A program made the translations under genes and the position numbers. A DNA stretch of 64,000 nucleotides from Methanothrix sp. (GTDB lineage: Archaea; Halobacteriota; Methanosarcinia; Methanotrichales; Methanotrichaceae). The stretch is from the NCBI GenBank assembly GCA_963682135.1, contig OY821645.1, positions 928,001-992,000 of the forward strand, written 5' to 3'. Numbering within the stretch: position 1 is the first letter of the stretch; the number at the start of each line of letters is the position of its first letter. Shown piece after piece: positions 41,101 through 51,456 of this stretch. The notes under the pieces were generated by a model. That model had not been told where the DNA came from. It saw nothing but the letters and a program-made list of their open reading frames with translations, and made no database searches.

Positions 41101-41976
41101 ATGCAAAAATCAAAAATCTTCAGACAACTTCTGGAAAAACCTGGTCTCGTCCTCAGACCATGTGGCTATGACGCTCTATCTGCCATTTTGATCGAAAAAG
41201 CAGGGTTTAAACTGATGGGAACATCGGGATATGCCATTTCCGCTTCGGCAATCGGACAGCCGGACCTGGGGCTGATCAGCTTTGGAGAATTGCTGGAGCG
41301 CGCCAGAAATATTATCAATAGCGTATCAATACCTGTTGATGTTGACGCAGACACTGGCTACGGAAATGCTCTGAATGCTTATTGGACTGCCAAGAATTTC
41401 ATCTGGATCGATGCTGGTGGCATCAGAATCGAGGACCAGACCTGGCCCAAACGCTGCGGCCACATGAGTGGAAAAACCATTATCTCTAAGGATGATATGG
41501 TCTCTAAGATTGCTGCCCTGATCAGAGCGAGAGATGAAGAAGGCTCGGATCTGGTTATTGGAGCCAGGACGGATGCCAGAGCGATAGAAGGATTCGACAA
41601 AACCATCGAACGTGCCGTTGCTTATGCCCAAGCTGGGGCGGATTATATCTATGTGGAATGCCCGCAATCATTGCCGGAAGTAGAACATCTCGTCAAGACG
41701 ATTGAAATACCATTGGCATTTAACCTTATTCCTGGCGGCAAGACGCCCAAGTTCTCCATATCCGAGCTGGAAAGCATCGGTGTGAAGTATCTTTCTATTC
41801 CCATGATCTGCCTCTATCCGGCCGTTAAAGCCATGCAAGATGCTTTGCAGGCACTTAAAAGAAGCGATCTGGAACACGTTGATGAATTGGGCATAAATTG
41901 GTCCGAATTTAATGAGCTGATTGGAGTGAAAAAGTGGCGGCAGTTGGAGAAGGAATTCGGTTCAGGAAATCCCTAG
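41101..41976 (+). CDS. Isocitrate lyase/PEP-mutase family enzyme (PrpB-like)
   Basis: DADTGYG, IEDQ.WPKRCGH, ARTDAR, AGADYIY. Confidence 0.9.
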   Translation: MQKSKIFRQLLEKPGLVLRPCGYDALSAILIEKAGFKLMGTSGYAISASAIGQPDLGLISFGELLERARNIINSVSIPVDVDADTGYGNALNAYWTAKNFIWIDAGGIRIEDQTWPKRCGHMSGKTIISKDDMVSKIAALIRARDEEGSDLVIGARTDARAIEGFDKTIERAVAYAQAGADYIYVECPQSLPEVEHLVKTIEIPLAFNLIPGGKTPKFSISELESIGVKYLSIPMICLYPAVKAMQDALQALKRSDLEHVDELGINWSEFNELIGVKKWRQLEKEFGSGNP

Positions 41977-42090
41977 AACCACAATCGCAAGCCTGGAGAG
42001 CTAAACATGAGACGGGTCTTGAGGGGTCACTTGGGAACTAAATTCCGGTTGGACTCTGCCCAACAACTTCATGCCCTTTGAGAAAGAAGA

Positions 42091-43605
42091 ATGTGTCAAA
42101 TGAATACTAATACGAGTTCAGATCCGAAAGCCACTGATATCCAGAACCGTGCCGTACTGCAGAACATCGCCCGAAAAGCCCTGATTATGCGAGGGCTGCT
42201 TCCCGAATTCTCCGTTCAAGCCTTGGCTGAGCTGGCCATGATTAAGGAGCCGGCAAAGGCGGGCCAGCCTGGCCAGGAGGCGCAGGTTCGGGACTTGAGG
42301 GATCTGCTCTGGGCTTCCATCGACAATGACGACTCTGAGGATTTGGACCAGCTCACCTTTGCCGAAGAGCTGTCGCAGGGAAGGACGAGGATTCGCGTCG
42401 CTGTGGCGGATGTGGATGCTCTGGTCAAGAAGAACTCTGCTATTGACCAGGACGCTGCGCACAACACCACTTCGATCTACACCGCCGCTCAGATATTTCC
42501 CATGTTGCCGCTGCAGCTGTCTACCAACCTCACCTCCCTGAATCTCAACGAGGACCGCTGGGCAATCGTAGTGGATATGACCATCGGCCCGGACGGCTCG
42601 CTCCTGGAATCGGATGTCTACCGGGCGGTTGTACGCAATCATGCCAAGCTGGCTTACAATAGCGTGGGTGCCTGGCTGGAAGAAAGGGCACCTGCACCCC
42701 AGGCGGTGACGGCTGTCCCGGGGCTGGCCGAGAATCTGCTTATCCAGGATCGGGCCGCCCAGAGGATGAAGAGCTTGCGGCACGCCCAGGGGGCTCTCAG
42801 TCTGGAAACCATCGAGGCCAGGCCGGTATTCGAGGGCGAGAAGATTAGCGGTCTCTTGGTGGAGGAAAAGAACCGGGCCAAGGAGATCATTGAGGACTTC
42901 ATGGTTGCTGCCAATGGTGTTACCGTGCGCTACCTCACCGCGAGAAATATTCCCTCTATCCGTCGCGTGGTACGTATTCCCAGAAGATGGGATCGAATCG
43001 TGGAGATTGCGGCTGAGCACGCCTTCAAGCTTCCCAAGAGTCCCAGTCCCAGAAAGCTGGAGATGTTTCTGACTATGATGAAAGCGGCCGATCCATTGCG
43101 TTTCCCGGATCTCTCTCTGGCTGTGATTAAGCTTCTGGGCAATGGCGAATATGTGGCGGAGCTGCCCGGAGAGGAAGCTACAGGACACTTCGCTCTGGCT
43201 GTAAAGGACTACACCCACTCCACCGCCCCCAACCGCCGCTACCCAGACCTGATCACACAGCGCCTGCTCAAAGCTGCCATTGAAAAGAGGCCGATGCCCT
43301 ATAGCCTGGAAGAGCTGGATTTTCTGGCTGAGAATTGCACTAAAAAAGAGGATGCAGTCGTCAAAGTGGAGAGGCAGGTGGGCAAATCAGCAGCAGCACT
43401 TCTGCTCGAATCGAGGATAGGAGAGAAGTTCGATGCCATGGTTACCGGGGCATCTGAGAAAGGCACCTGGGTCCGGCTCCTTGAGATTCCCGTGGAGGGG
43501 ATGCTCAAGAGCGGAAGTAAGGGACTCGACGTGGGTGACCGGGTCTTGGTAGAGCTGGAGTCTGTGAACGTGGAGCAGGGTTTTATTGATTTCATCAGAA
43601 AGTAG
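42091..43605 (+). CDS. RNB-domain ribonuclease (RNase II/R family)
   Basis: SIDNDDSEDLDQ; YTHSTAPNRRYPDL; C-terminal S1-like domain. Confidence 0.92.
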   Translation: MCQMNTNTSSDPKATDIQNRAVLQNIARKALIMRGLLPEFSVQALAELAMIKEPAKAGQPGQEAQVRDLRDLLWASIDNDDSEDLDQLTFAEELSQGRTRIRVAVADVDALVKKNSAIDQDAAHNTTSIYTAAQIFPMLPLQLSTNLTSLNLNEDRWAIVVDMTIGPDGSLLESDVYRAVVRNHAKLAYNSVGAWLEERAPAPQAVTAVPGLAENLLIQDRAAQRMKSLRHAQGALSLETIEARPVFEGEKISGLLVEEKNRAKEIIEDFMVAANGVTVRYLTARNIPSIRRVVRIPRRWDRIVEIAAEHAFKLPKSPSPRKLEMFLTMMKAADPLRFPDLSLAVIKLLGNGEYVAELPGEEATGHFALAVKDYTHSTAPNRRYPDLITQRLLKAAIEKRPMPYSLEELDFLAENCTKKEDAVVKVERQVGKSAAALLLESRIGEKFDAMVTGASEKGTWVRLLEIPVEGMLKSGSKGLDVGDRVLVELESVNVEQGFIDFIRK

Positions 43606-43678
43606 ACTCAAATGAAAACAAAGGCGAAATCCAAAGGATTAATAATGATGGAGTTGGCTATCTAATGAGGAGATTTAG

Positions 43679-44827
43679 ATGTCAAGAGCATTGTTAATTG
43701 TTGTCCTGTTCCTGTCGGCGATCCTATCGGTAGCTTGTGGCCAGCAGGCGGATGTCAATGAACCGAACAATGAGATTGGAGATGCAACCGATCTGAGTTC
43801 CAGCCAGACGGTAAGCTCCAGCATTTACCCAGTACAGGATGGAGATTTCTACAAGATTTATGTTGACAGTCCTGGAATACTGCAGGCCCAGCTATCAAAT
43901 GTCCCTGCAGAGATGAAAAGCAGGATCGATTTCTACGGCAGGAACCATGAGTGGATAACCAGGAAGGATGCAGAGAACCCTGGTGAGGCGGTCGTCCTGA
44001 CCGTTGATATAGGCAAAGCCGGATGGTACTATTACGGAATTGGAGACCTCAATGGCGGTTCATACGGATCGGATTATTCCTTGGCGGTTTCCTTTGAGCC
44101 GGTGGTAGATGAGGAGCCCAACGGTGAGATTGGAGATGCAACCGAGATTCAATTAGCACAGCCGGTCAATGCATATATCTTCCCGGCAGGGGACGGAGAT
44201 TTCTACAAGGTATTTCTCAACAGCTCCGGCGTTCTGGATGCATCGCTAACCAATGTGCCCCAGGCCATTGCAGGCAGCATGAAGGGCCGGATCGATCTCT
44301 ACGGCAAGAACATGAACTGGATAACAAGAATGGATGCAGAGAATCCGGGGGATGATGCCACCCTGACCGTGGACATTGGCAATCCCGGATGGTATTACTT
44401 CGGAGTAGGCGATCTTAACGGCGGATCGTATAACTCGACCTATGGATTCCTGGTGAACTTCAAGCCTGTAGTTGATGAAGAGCCGAATAACGAGATAAGC
44501 GATGCTACGGAGATGCAGAAGGGAAGCGAGATCAAGGGATTTATCTTCCCGGCTGGGGATGGAGATTTCTATAAGATCTATGTTGATTCACCCGGGTCGC
44601 TACAGGCTTCACTGGCAGGGGTTCCAAAATCCACCAAGGCCAGCATGAAAGGCCGCATTGACTTCTACGGCAAGAACTACAACGGGATAACCAGAATGGA
44701 TGCCCAAAAGCCTGGTGACGATGTCCTCCTGAAAGTGGACACTGCCACGGCAGGATGGTATTACTTCGGCATCGGCGACCTCAATGGCGGGTCGTATGAT
44801 ACGGAATATACCTTCAAAGTGATTTAA
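43679..44827 (+). CDS. Secreted protein made of three tandem PPC-like (pre-peptidase C-terminal) domains
   Basis: Signal peptide; EPNxEIxDAT...DGDFYK...GWYYxGxGDLNGGSY three times. Confidence 0.82.
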   Translation: MSRALLIVVLFLSAILSVACGQQADVNEPNNEIGDATDLSSSQTVSSSIYPVQDGDFYKIYVDSPGILQAQLSNVPAEMKSRIDFYGRNHEWITRKDAENPGEAVVLTVDIGKAGWYYYGIGDLNGGSYGSDYSLAVSFEPVVDEEPNGEIGDATEIQLAQPVNAYIFPAGDGDFYKVFLNSSGVLDASLTNVPQAIAGSMKGRIDLYGKNMNWITRMDAENPGDDATLTVDIGNPGWYYFGVGDLNGGSYNSTYGFLVNFKPVVDEEPNNEISDATEMQKGSEIKGFIFPAGDGDFYKIYVDSPGSLQASLAGVPKSTKASMKGRIDFYGKNYNGITRMDAQKPGDDVLLKVDTATAGWYYFGIGDLNGGSYDTEYTFKVI

Positions 44828-45202
44828 TAGATTTGGGTTCGGCTTATCGCCGGACCTGAAGTCTTTATTTCATTTTTTCATTTGCTTTTGGTCCCGCCTT
44901 GATCCTCATCGTTGAGCGGATCGCATTTTTTGCGCAATCTCTACCAGCCCCGCTCCTAGCATGAGGCCAGGTTAGCTGCCGGCACTCTTGAGGCTAATAT
45001 GACCTTTGTCCAAGCCCTGACCGGGGCTACCAAGAGAGCCTACGCAACATTAGTAGTAGCCGGCATTCCCGCCTCCAATGCCGAACTCGGGGGGAGACGC
45101 AGGCCAGGAGGCCCTCCGGCCCATCCAGAACATGTGTCTGAGAACTGCAGGACACTTAAGTTCTGGCAATTTAGCTTTCAAGAGGATCAAACGGTACCAA
45201 GC

Positions 45203-46255
45203 TCATTGCCGAATGACGCTCTCGATCCGAAAGATCCCCTTCTCCTCTTTGATCTCAATTCTCCTATCCAGGAAATGCCCGGCCGTCCAGATATTGGTCC
45301 TGGCATGCAAGGAGATCTCTCGCACTGTGTAACTTCCCCCCGCCAGGGCCAGATAGGGAATAAGCTGGTCGGCCAGGTGCACGTCCACACCAGCTGCCGA
45401 TTTCAACTCTAAGATCAGCTCCTCTGCCGCTCTTCGGCCCACTTTTTCTGCCGGAACGCCCCTCTCGCCAAGTGAGCTTGCTCCCTTGTTGCCGTACCAG
45501 AGCGTGATCCCGCTTCCCAGAGATGGCAGGCGCAAAGCCTCACGAGATATTTGCGCAGGAAAGCCCTCCTGCGCCAGCGCCTGCTCAGCCGATTCAGCCT
45601 GCCTGACAGCCACATGATCGGGCAGGTTGGAGCAGTGAGACACTCCCTGCACCTCACTTCGCATTCTCTGCATATTCTGTGTATTTCGAATAGTCTGCCC
45701 GCCGCAATCTGGACTTTCCAGGTGAGAAGCCAACAGCCTTACCGGCTCTACCTGCAAGAGCACCTCGCCCTCCCCTCTTGGATAGTATCCTCTCTGCAAG
45801 ACCTCAAGGCTCACCCTGGCCCCGAAAGAGGATAGAGCCGGCAAAAATACATATTTAAAATAGTCAACCGCAGGAGACCATTGCACATCCGTGCCTCCCT
45901 GGATTTGCAGAGAAGATGGCCTATCGGCATAAAGCAGAGCTGGCAGAAGGCACTGCATGAGCAATGTCACGCTTCCTGCAGTTCCAATCTCCACCCTGTG
46001 TCTGCCGCCTTGAATCTTACCCGGTGTGAAGATGATCTCGGAAGATCCCGGCGTGGCCCCCGATGTCCTGGCATCACAGATTTCCGCCAATGCCCTCAAA
46101 GCCCGGGCATGCTGCGCCGCAAGCCCTGGTTTTGGCCGGCCCTGCCGGATCCTGGTTATGTGCACCGGCTTTCCCGTCACCGCCGAAAGGGCCACGGCTG
46201 TGCGCACGATCTGGCCGCCACCTTCTCCAAATGAGCCGTCTATCTCTATCATCAA
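45203..46255 (-). CDS. rtcA: RNA 3'-terminal phosphate cyclase
   Basis: DGSFGEGGGQI, GGTDV, RGYYPRG, VDVHLADQL. Confidence 0.96.
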   Translation of the reverse strand: MMIEIDGSFGEGGGQIVRTAVALSAVTGKPVHITRIRQGRPKPGLAAQHARALRALAEICDARTSGATPGSSEIIFTPGKIQGGRHRVEIGTAGSVTLLMQCLLPALLYADRPSSLQIQGGTDVQWSPAVDYFKYVFLPALSSFGARVSLEVLQRGYYPRGEGEVLLQVEPVRLLASHLESPDCGGQTIRNTQNMQRMRSEVQGVSHCSNLPDHVAVRQAESAEQALAQEGFPAQISREALRLPSLGSGITLWYGNKGASSLGERGVPAEKVGRRAAEELILELKSAAGVDVHLADQLIPYLALAGGSYTVREISLHARTNIWTAGHFLDRRIEIKEEKGIFRIESVIRQ

Positions 46256-46265
46256 TTGCGATCCT

Positions 46266-47087
46266 TCATTTTGGCTTGATGCCGCTGACCTTTACACTGG
46301 AGATACAATCCTCAACTCTCTTTATCTCTTCAGTTGATCCGTCCAGGCTCTTTAGAATCGCCTGGCCGGTGGGATCATTGGTCATGCAGTCCAGGGGGAA
46401 GACGGACTCTTGCATAACACACACGTCATTGAATCCGGCTGATCTTATGGCATCCAGATACTTATCTTTCTGCAAGGCACCAGCAACGCATCCCACATAA
46501 GCTTTAATCGATTGCTTGACGAAATCTGGTAGTCCTTTCAAAAGGACGATATCCGAGACCATCAGTCTGCCGCCGGGCTTTAGGACTCTAAATGCCTCCT
46601 GGAAAGCCTTCTTTTTGTCCGGCACCAGATTGATGACGCAGTTGGATATGATGACATCGACGGTATTATCCTCGACCGGCAAGGCCTCAATCTCACCCTG
46701 CCGAAACTCCACATTATTGTAGGCACCGTGATCTGCATTGGCCTTGGCCCGCGCCACCATCTCCGCCGTCATATCGACACCGATGACTTTTCCTTGCGGG
46801 CCTACAATCTTCGAAGCCAAAAAGCAATCGAAACCTGCTCCCGACCCGAGGTCAAGGACAGTCTCACCCTCTCTTAGGGAGGCAAAGGCAATCGGATTTC
46901 CGCAGCCAAGCCCCAGGTTTGCTCCCTCGGGGACGGCCCCTATCTGCTCCTCTGAGTAACCGATCTTCTTGCTGATGCTCTGTGGCTTGGCAGATCCGCA
47001 GCAGCCTGACGAACAGCAGGACCCGGCATTCTTTGCCACACGCGAGTAACTCTCTTTTACCGCATTCTTCAGCTCTTGATCATTCAT
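46266..47087 (-). CDS. arsM: Arsenite methyltransferase
   Basis: LGLGCGNP, LDLGSGAG.D, ISNCVINL, GCVAGAL. Confidence 0.93.
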   Translation of the reverse strand: MNDQELKNAVKESYSRVAKNAGSCCSSGCCGSAKPQSISKKIGYSEEQIGAVPEGANLGLGCGNPIAFASLREGETVLDLGSGAGFDCFLASKIVGPQGKVIGVDMTAEMVARAKANADHGAYNNVEFRQGEIEALPVEDNTVDVIISNCVINLVPDKKKAFQEAFRVLKPGGRLMVSDIVLLKGLPDFVKQSIKAYVGCVAGALQKDKYLDAIRSAGFNDVCVMQESVFPLDCMTNDPTGQAILKSLDGSTEEIKRVEDCISSVKVSGIKPK

Positions 47088-47389
47088 TTTTTCCCACCTG
47101 CCTCATCCTTAAAAGCCTCGTTAATTACCGGCCCCAGTCGCGATTTGACCATGCCTTCCAGCTCTTCTACCTTGATCAGAGACAGGCAACAGACCTTGCC
47201 GTCTTTCATCAAGCTTAGCAGAGCCAACTTGTCACCCGGCTTAATCTTTGCTCTCTCCCTGATCTCTTTGGGGAGCACCATCTGCCCTCTCTCGTCAATG
47301 GTTACAATCGACTCTACGCTGCAACTGCCTATCTCATTTGGCTGGCAGCAGGATTCAGACTTGCATTCAGACTTGCCATTTGTGGTCAT
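47084..47389 (-). CDS. Cys-rich AbrB/SpoVT-type DNA-binding protein (HgcAB-associated HgcC-like)
   Basis: SCC...VESIVTIDERGQMVLPKEIR...GDKLAL...CCLSLIK. Confidence 0.8.
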   Translation of the reverse strand: MTTNGKSECKSESCCQPNEIGSCSVESIVTIDERGQMVLPKEIRERAKIKPGDKLALLSLMKDGKVCCLSLIKVEELEGMVKSRLGPVINEAFKDEAGGKK

Positions 47390-47676
47390 TTTGTTACCTC
47401 ATGCAATTATTGCTGCTGCAAATGCAGCATCTTCTGAGAATATAAGCTTTTCTGAAAAATCAGAATAATTAGATCAATCTACATTTCGCGCCCATCGGGC
47501 CGAACATCTTTGCGTTCCTGGTAAGAAGCAATGCACATGACTGCCAAGACGAAAAACAGGAGCATCAATTCCGCAAGGAGATCTCCGAGCAGAAGAAACG
47601 AATCGCGTTGATCTCGACAAATGTACGGCCATGCCATAAATAGAAAAAGAGGCTTTCAGGCCGAGATTGGTTGCGG

Positions 47677-47955
47677 TTACCTTACAGCCTCCGCATATTG
47701 CCTGGAAAACTCCTCGCATTGGCCGATGATGCGCCCTGTGGCCTCTTTCAGAACAACTATGGGGTCCACACCAGACGTCGTCGTCAGACGGAAGACGGGG
47801 TTGTCCATTATGGGAAACTTGGTGTCGTAGGTTGCCATCAGCACCCTTTCATCAGCCAGGAGTTCAGTTCGCAGCAAATTCAAGATCGTATGACCTTCCC
47901 CTACAAACTCGATAATGGCCTGATTTTCCGTCTTCTTAATAATCTTCAAATTCAT
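47677..47955 (-). CDS. rpoL: RNA polymerase subunit L (Rpo11)
   Basis: GEGHTILNLLRTELL..V..ATY...P. Confidence 0.93.
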   Translation of the reverse strand: MNLKIIKKTENQAIIEFVGEGHTILNLLRTELLADERVLMATYDTKFPIMDNPVFRLTTTSGVDPIVVLKEATGRIIGQCEEFSRQYAEAVR

Positions 47956-48515
47956 CAAACCACTCCCAGACCATAGGCGGAACTCATTTTGCGCGTCTCG
48001 GTATTGGCACAATTGGGGCAGACCAATTTGTTTTCTTTCTTGACCAGGCCTGCAAGACAACGATTGCAGTAAGCCTTGATGACACCCAGGTCCTCATCGC
48101 CCGTGGTAAGCCTCATCTGCCGATCGTCAATAATCTTGGCCTTGAGAATATCGCGAATCGAGAAAAGGTGACGCAGGTCTTTGACATAGGAGTTTCTCAC
48201 ATTGGATATGTGAATGGTCGCCTCCTCGTCCGAGATGGGTCTGTCCTCATGCCCCTTCTTGAAGGCCAGCGATATTATGACCAGGCTGTCCTTGAGATCA
48301 ACTACCTCTCCCACCACTATATCGCCCTGAGAGAGCTTTACCGGGGCATTGGTTTTGGGTATGACACTCGCAGATCTGGCTCTAGAATCGATCTTGACCA
48401 GGCCTGCGGTTGAAGCAAAAATCGTTCCTGATCGAGCATAGGTGCAGTCTCCGGGAACAAACTCCTCGGTCGATCCCACCACATCTCCAGGAAGTACAAA
48501 ACTACCGTCCATCAT
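47955..48515 (-). CDS. csl4: Exosome complex RNA-binding protein Csl4
   Basis: VLPGD, LGVIKAYCNRC...CPNC...ETRK. Confidence 0.95.
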   Translation of the reverse strand: MMDGSFVLPGDVVGSTEEFVPGDCTYARSGTIFASTAGLVKIDSRARSASVIPKTNAPVKLSQGDIVVGEVVDLKDSLVIISLAFKKGHEDRPISDEEATIHISNVRNSYVKDLRHLFSIRDILKAKIIDDRQMRLTTGDEDLGVIKAYCNRCLAGLVKKENKLVCPNCANTETRKMSSAYGLGVV

Positions 48516-48590
48516 AATTCCTCAATGAATCCTCTAGTATCTATAGTCTAGCATCACATGATTGCTGTCTCAAGTCTCTGTCTCGAATCT

Positions 48591-49178
48591 CTAGCATGTT
48601 ATTCTATATAGCTCAACCCCAATGACCTTGACATCTTGGCTATGAAAGTCGAAACATCTCTTCAAGGGAAAGGGAATGCGATAAATCTCCTGCACAGTGC
48701 AGGGTTTCATAAAGCTTCTCACGAAACCTTCGCTTCCCTGATTATGCAATGAGTAGATAGTCTTGGCGATCTTCCGGGCGCAGCAGAGAAAAGCGCGGTC
48801 TCCAAAGCTCGTTTTCTGGGCTCCAAAGGGAGGATTCATGACCACGGTATCGATGTCCCTGAGGGCCAATTGTCTCACATCGGCGCGGATGAAGTCCACA
48901 TCCACATTTAATTTCTCTGCATTTCTCCTGGCTATGGCCAAAGCCTCAACGTCAATCTCCACACCAATGGCCCTTGCACCCAGCAGGGCCGCGCCTATGG
49001 CCAGCACGCCCGTACCGCATCCCAGATCACACACTGTGCCAAGCTCTGCGCGCATTCCTGCCAGGAAAAGCATCTCTGCAGCGACCGAGGCGGGCGTAGC
49101 ATACTGCTCCTTTTGAAAAGAAGGACGACCAAAGCCCTCCAGCCGCTCCAGCATCATCTCAAGCTGCTTTCTCTTCAT
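48591..49178 (-). CDS. METTL5-family N6-adenine methyltransferase
   Basis: EQYATP, DLGCGTG, MNPPFG. Confidence 0.93.
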   Translation of the reverse strand: MKRKQLEMMLERLEGFGRPSFQKEQYATPASVAAEMLFLAGMRAELGTVCDLGCGTGVLAIGAALLGARAIGVEIDVEALAIARRNAEKLNVDVDFIRADVRQLALRDIDTVVMNPPFGAQKTSFGDRAFLCCARKIAKTIYSLHNQGSEGFVRSFMKPCTVQEIYRIPFPLKRCFDFHSQDVKVIGVELYRITC

Positions 49179-49206
49179 ATCTGCCAGGCAGACATGCCAT
49201 TTCGGC

Positions 49207-51456
49207 CTATATGAAGTATATTATTGCCTCAACTGCCAGGAGCATAACCAGGAGAACCGTCATGACCTTAAGCAGGAATATTGCTTTCGAGAGGCCGAAG
49301 GGGCTTTCCAAAGACTCTTTCTCAATTTCGGGAGCTTTTACGGCCTCGAAAAATTCCGCGGGCTCATTATTCCCGTCATCCGTTTTCTCTTCAGATCTCT
49401 CATCGTCTTTTATCTCCTTATATCTCTCTTCCGTAACATCCGTGGATGCTCTTTCCTGCGATTCATGCATCACATCCTCTGGTTTATGGGGCGTCTCATT
49501 GTTAGCGCAGAATTGCTGCCTAATGGGCGGCATAAGAAGCTGACCGTAATTCTTGCAGGCCATTTCGGTTTTCAGGGGGACCATGCATCCATCCGCCAAG
49601 ATCAGCTCTCTTGCCTCATACCTCTCTCTTGAGACCTCCCGGACAGGTAGGTCGGCATCTGCTATGGGCTGCGTATCAGATTCATGCAGATCATTTATCT
49701 TGATATTGACTGCAAATTCTCCTGTTTCGTTCTTGGGCAAAAGATGCAAGGACTCATCCCAGATCAATATGCTATTACTGTCATCTATTTTACTTAGCGA
49801 ATTGCTCGCCATGACAAAAGCAATAAGAAGCAAAGCCTTCTGACAAGGACGGATCCCATTTGCAGCCGCCCCCTCTAAAATTTCTGCCGCCTGCACAATC
49901 CTATTAGCGCTGCTATCAGCGCTACTTTCTCTCCCCTCGATTTCCGCCGCGCAAAAATGCTTTTCTGCATGGCGCAAAGCTCCGGCAGCTATCTGCAACT
50001 TCTCGGCAGATTCTCTACCCAGTCTCTGCAAATCCAGGCCGGCATTGATATTCTTCAGAGCTTGGTAAAGATAGTCCCCCGCTTCTTCAGAGGGACACAC
50101 CTGGACCGCTCCTATGAGATATTCAAGTGCATTGTTCAGGGCACGGGACTGCATTAAGGGCTCTTCGGCTAAGAGCCCAATGCGATAGACTTCCTTCATG
50201 CCGGCGATAATTTTTTGCGTGTCCAGTATTTTGGCTTTATTGCCGTTATTGGCATTTGCAGCAGCGCAGTCCAGGAATTCCTGAGCCTTCTCCAGCAAGA
50301 TTAAAGCCTCCTCACCTGGGACCCGCCCGCTGACTCTGGCCAGATAGGACTGACTGTTGGCAATTGCCTCGGCCACTTTGATCTCATCCTGGCCTTCCCC
50401 CAGGGTAGATGCCAGCGATTGATAACGGTTCGCTGCCTGGACGAATAGCATAGAGGCCTCATTTGTTCGCTTGGAACTGATTGGCAGGTCCGGTTCTTCT
50501 TGCAGCTTATTTCTTGCCAGAGAGCTGTAGGTCTTCGCCAGGCAATAGAGCGCATTCTGATAGCCTGGCTTCATTTGACGAGGAATGAGAAGAACAGCAC
50601 TCTCCAGCGGTTCGCGAGCCGCTGTTGCCTGTCCCATCTGCAGGTAGGTACGTCCCAGGTTGGATAAGACAATTCCCTGGCTCTGACTCTCGCCAAGTGC
50701 TGCGAACAGAGATAGGCTGGTATTGAAGTAGTACAATGCCTTATCCCAGTCCATTCTCTGGCCGGCAATTCTTCCCAGCCGGTCCATTACCCAGGCAGAG
50801 CTCCTTTTATCGCCCAATCTCTCAAAGTCGGTCAGGCTTCTCTCGAAGTATCGAGCGGCAAGCTCCTTCTCTCCCATATCGACATAGACCCGGCCGAGGC
50901 TTCCCGTCATCTGAGCTATGCCGAGATCATCGCCCTCTTCCTCGAAGGTCTTCAGGCTGCGGTAGCAGTGCTCTATGGCTTTGTCCCATTCCCCGCTCTT
51001 CCTGTAAGCTGAGCCCAAGTTCCCCAATACATGGGCGAGGCCGATATGGTCCCCCTCCCTGGCAAAGCTGTCGGCAGCCTTCTGATAGTAGAAAACAGCT
51101 TTCGCCAAATCTCCCTGATGAACGAATGCCTGACCCAGATTGCTCTGGAGCACAGGCCGCAAAATAGGATCGCGACAGAGAGACAAAGCTCGATTGTATG
51201 TATTTGCGGCGAGATCGGGCAGTCCCGCCCTGCGACTGATGTCGCCCAGCCGCTTGAGCTCATAAACATCTTGTAGCTTAAGAGAGAGTTTGCGGCAGAC
51301 ATCCGGGTCAATTCTGCCCTTTCGTGCGCTTTCCAGCAATTCGCTTAGCAGTTCAGGACAACTTCCTTCGATGGCATTACTATCGATTTTTTGTAGACCA
51401 TCACCTCCTTTGGAAAGGGATGCATATATTTCTTGGAGAACAACTAATTGATTCAT
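49207..51456 (-). CDS. TPR-repeat protein with C-terminal TM anchor
   Basis: ~40-aa NLGxxY TPR units; C-terminal hydrophobic helix. Confidence 0.85.
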   Translation of the reverse strand: MNQLVVLQEIYASLSKGGDGLQKIDSNAIEGSCPELLSELLESARKGRIDPDVCRKLSLKLQDVYELKRLGDISRRAGLPDLAANTYNRALSLCRDPILRPVLQSNLGQAFVHQGDLAKAVFYYQKAADSFAREGDHIGLAHVLGNLGSAYRKSGEWDKAIEHCYRSLKTFEEEGDDLGIAQMTGSLGRVYVDMGEKELAARYFERSLTDFERLGDKRSSAWVMDRLGRIAGQRMDWDKALYYFNTSLSLFAALGESQSQGIVLSNLGRTYLQMGQATAAREPLESAVLLIPRQMKPGYQNALYCLAKTYSSLARNKLQEEPDLPISSKRTNEASMLFVQAANRYQSLASTLGEGQDEIKVAEAIANSQSYLARVSGRVPGEEALILLEKAQEFLDCAAANANNGNKAKILDTQKIIAGMKEVYRIGLLAEEPLMQSRALNNALEYLIGAVQVCPSEEAGDYLYQALKNINAGLDLQRLGRESAEKLQIAAGALRHAEKHFCAAEIEGRESSADSSANRIVQAAEILEGAAANGIRPCQKALLLIAFVMASNSLSKIDDSNSILIWDESLHLLPKNETGEFAVNIKINDLHESDTQPIADADLPVREVSRERYEARELILADGCMVPLKTEMACKNYGQLLMPPIRQQFCANNETPHKPEDVMHESQERASTDVTEERYKEIKDDERSEEKTDDGNNEPAEFFEAVKAPEIEKESLESPFGLSKAIFLLKVMTVLLVMLLAVEAIIYFI

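Noticed and set aside
42012-42027. 16-nt match to the T7 terminator (ACGGGTCTTGAGGGGT)
   Set aside because: Lacks the other stem arm, the U-tract and any other vector sequence; probably chance.
44940-45200. Possible ncRNA or small gene between the PPC gene and rtcA
   Set aside because: Only short stems, no recognisable SRP/RNase P/riboswitch motif and no convincing ORF.
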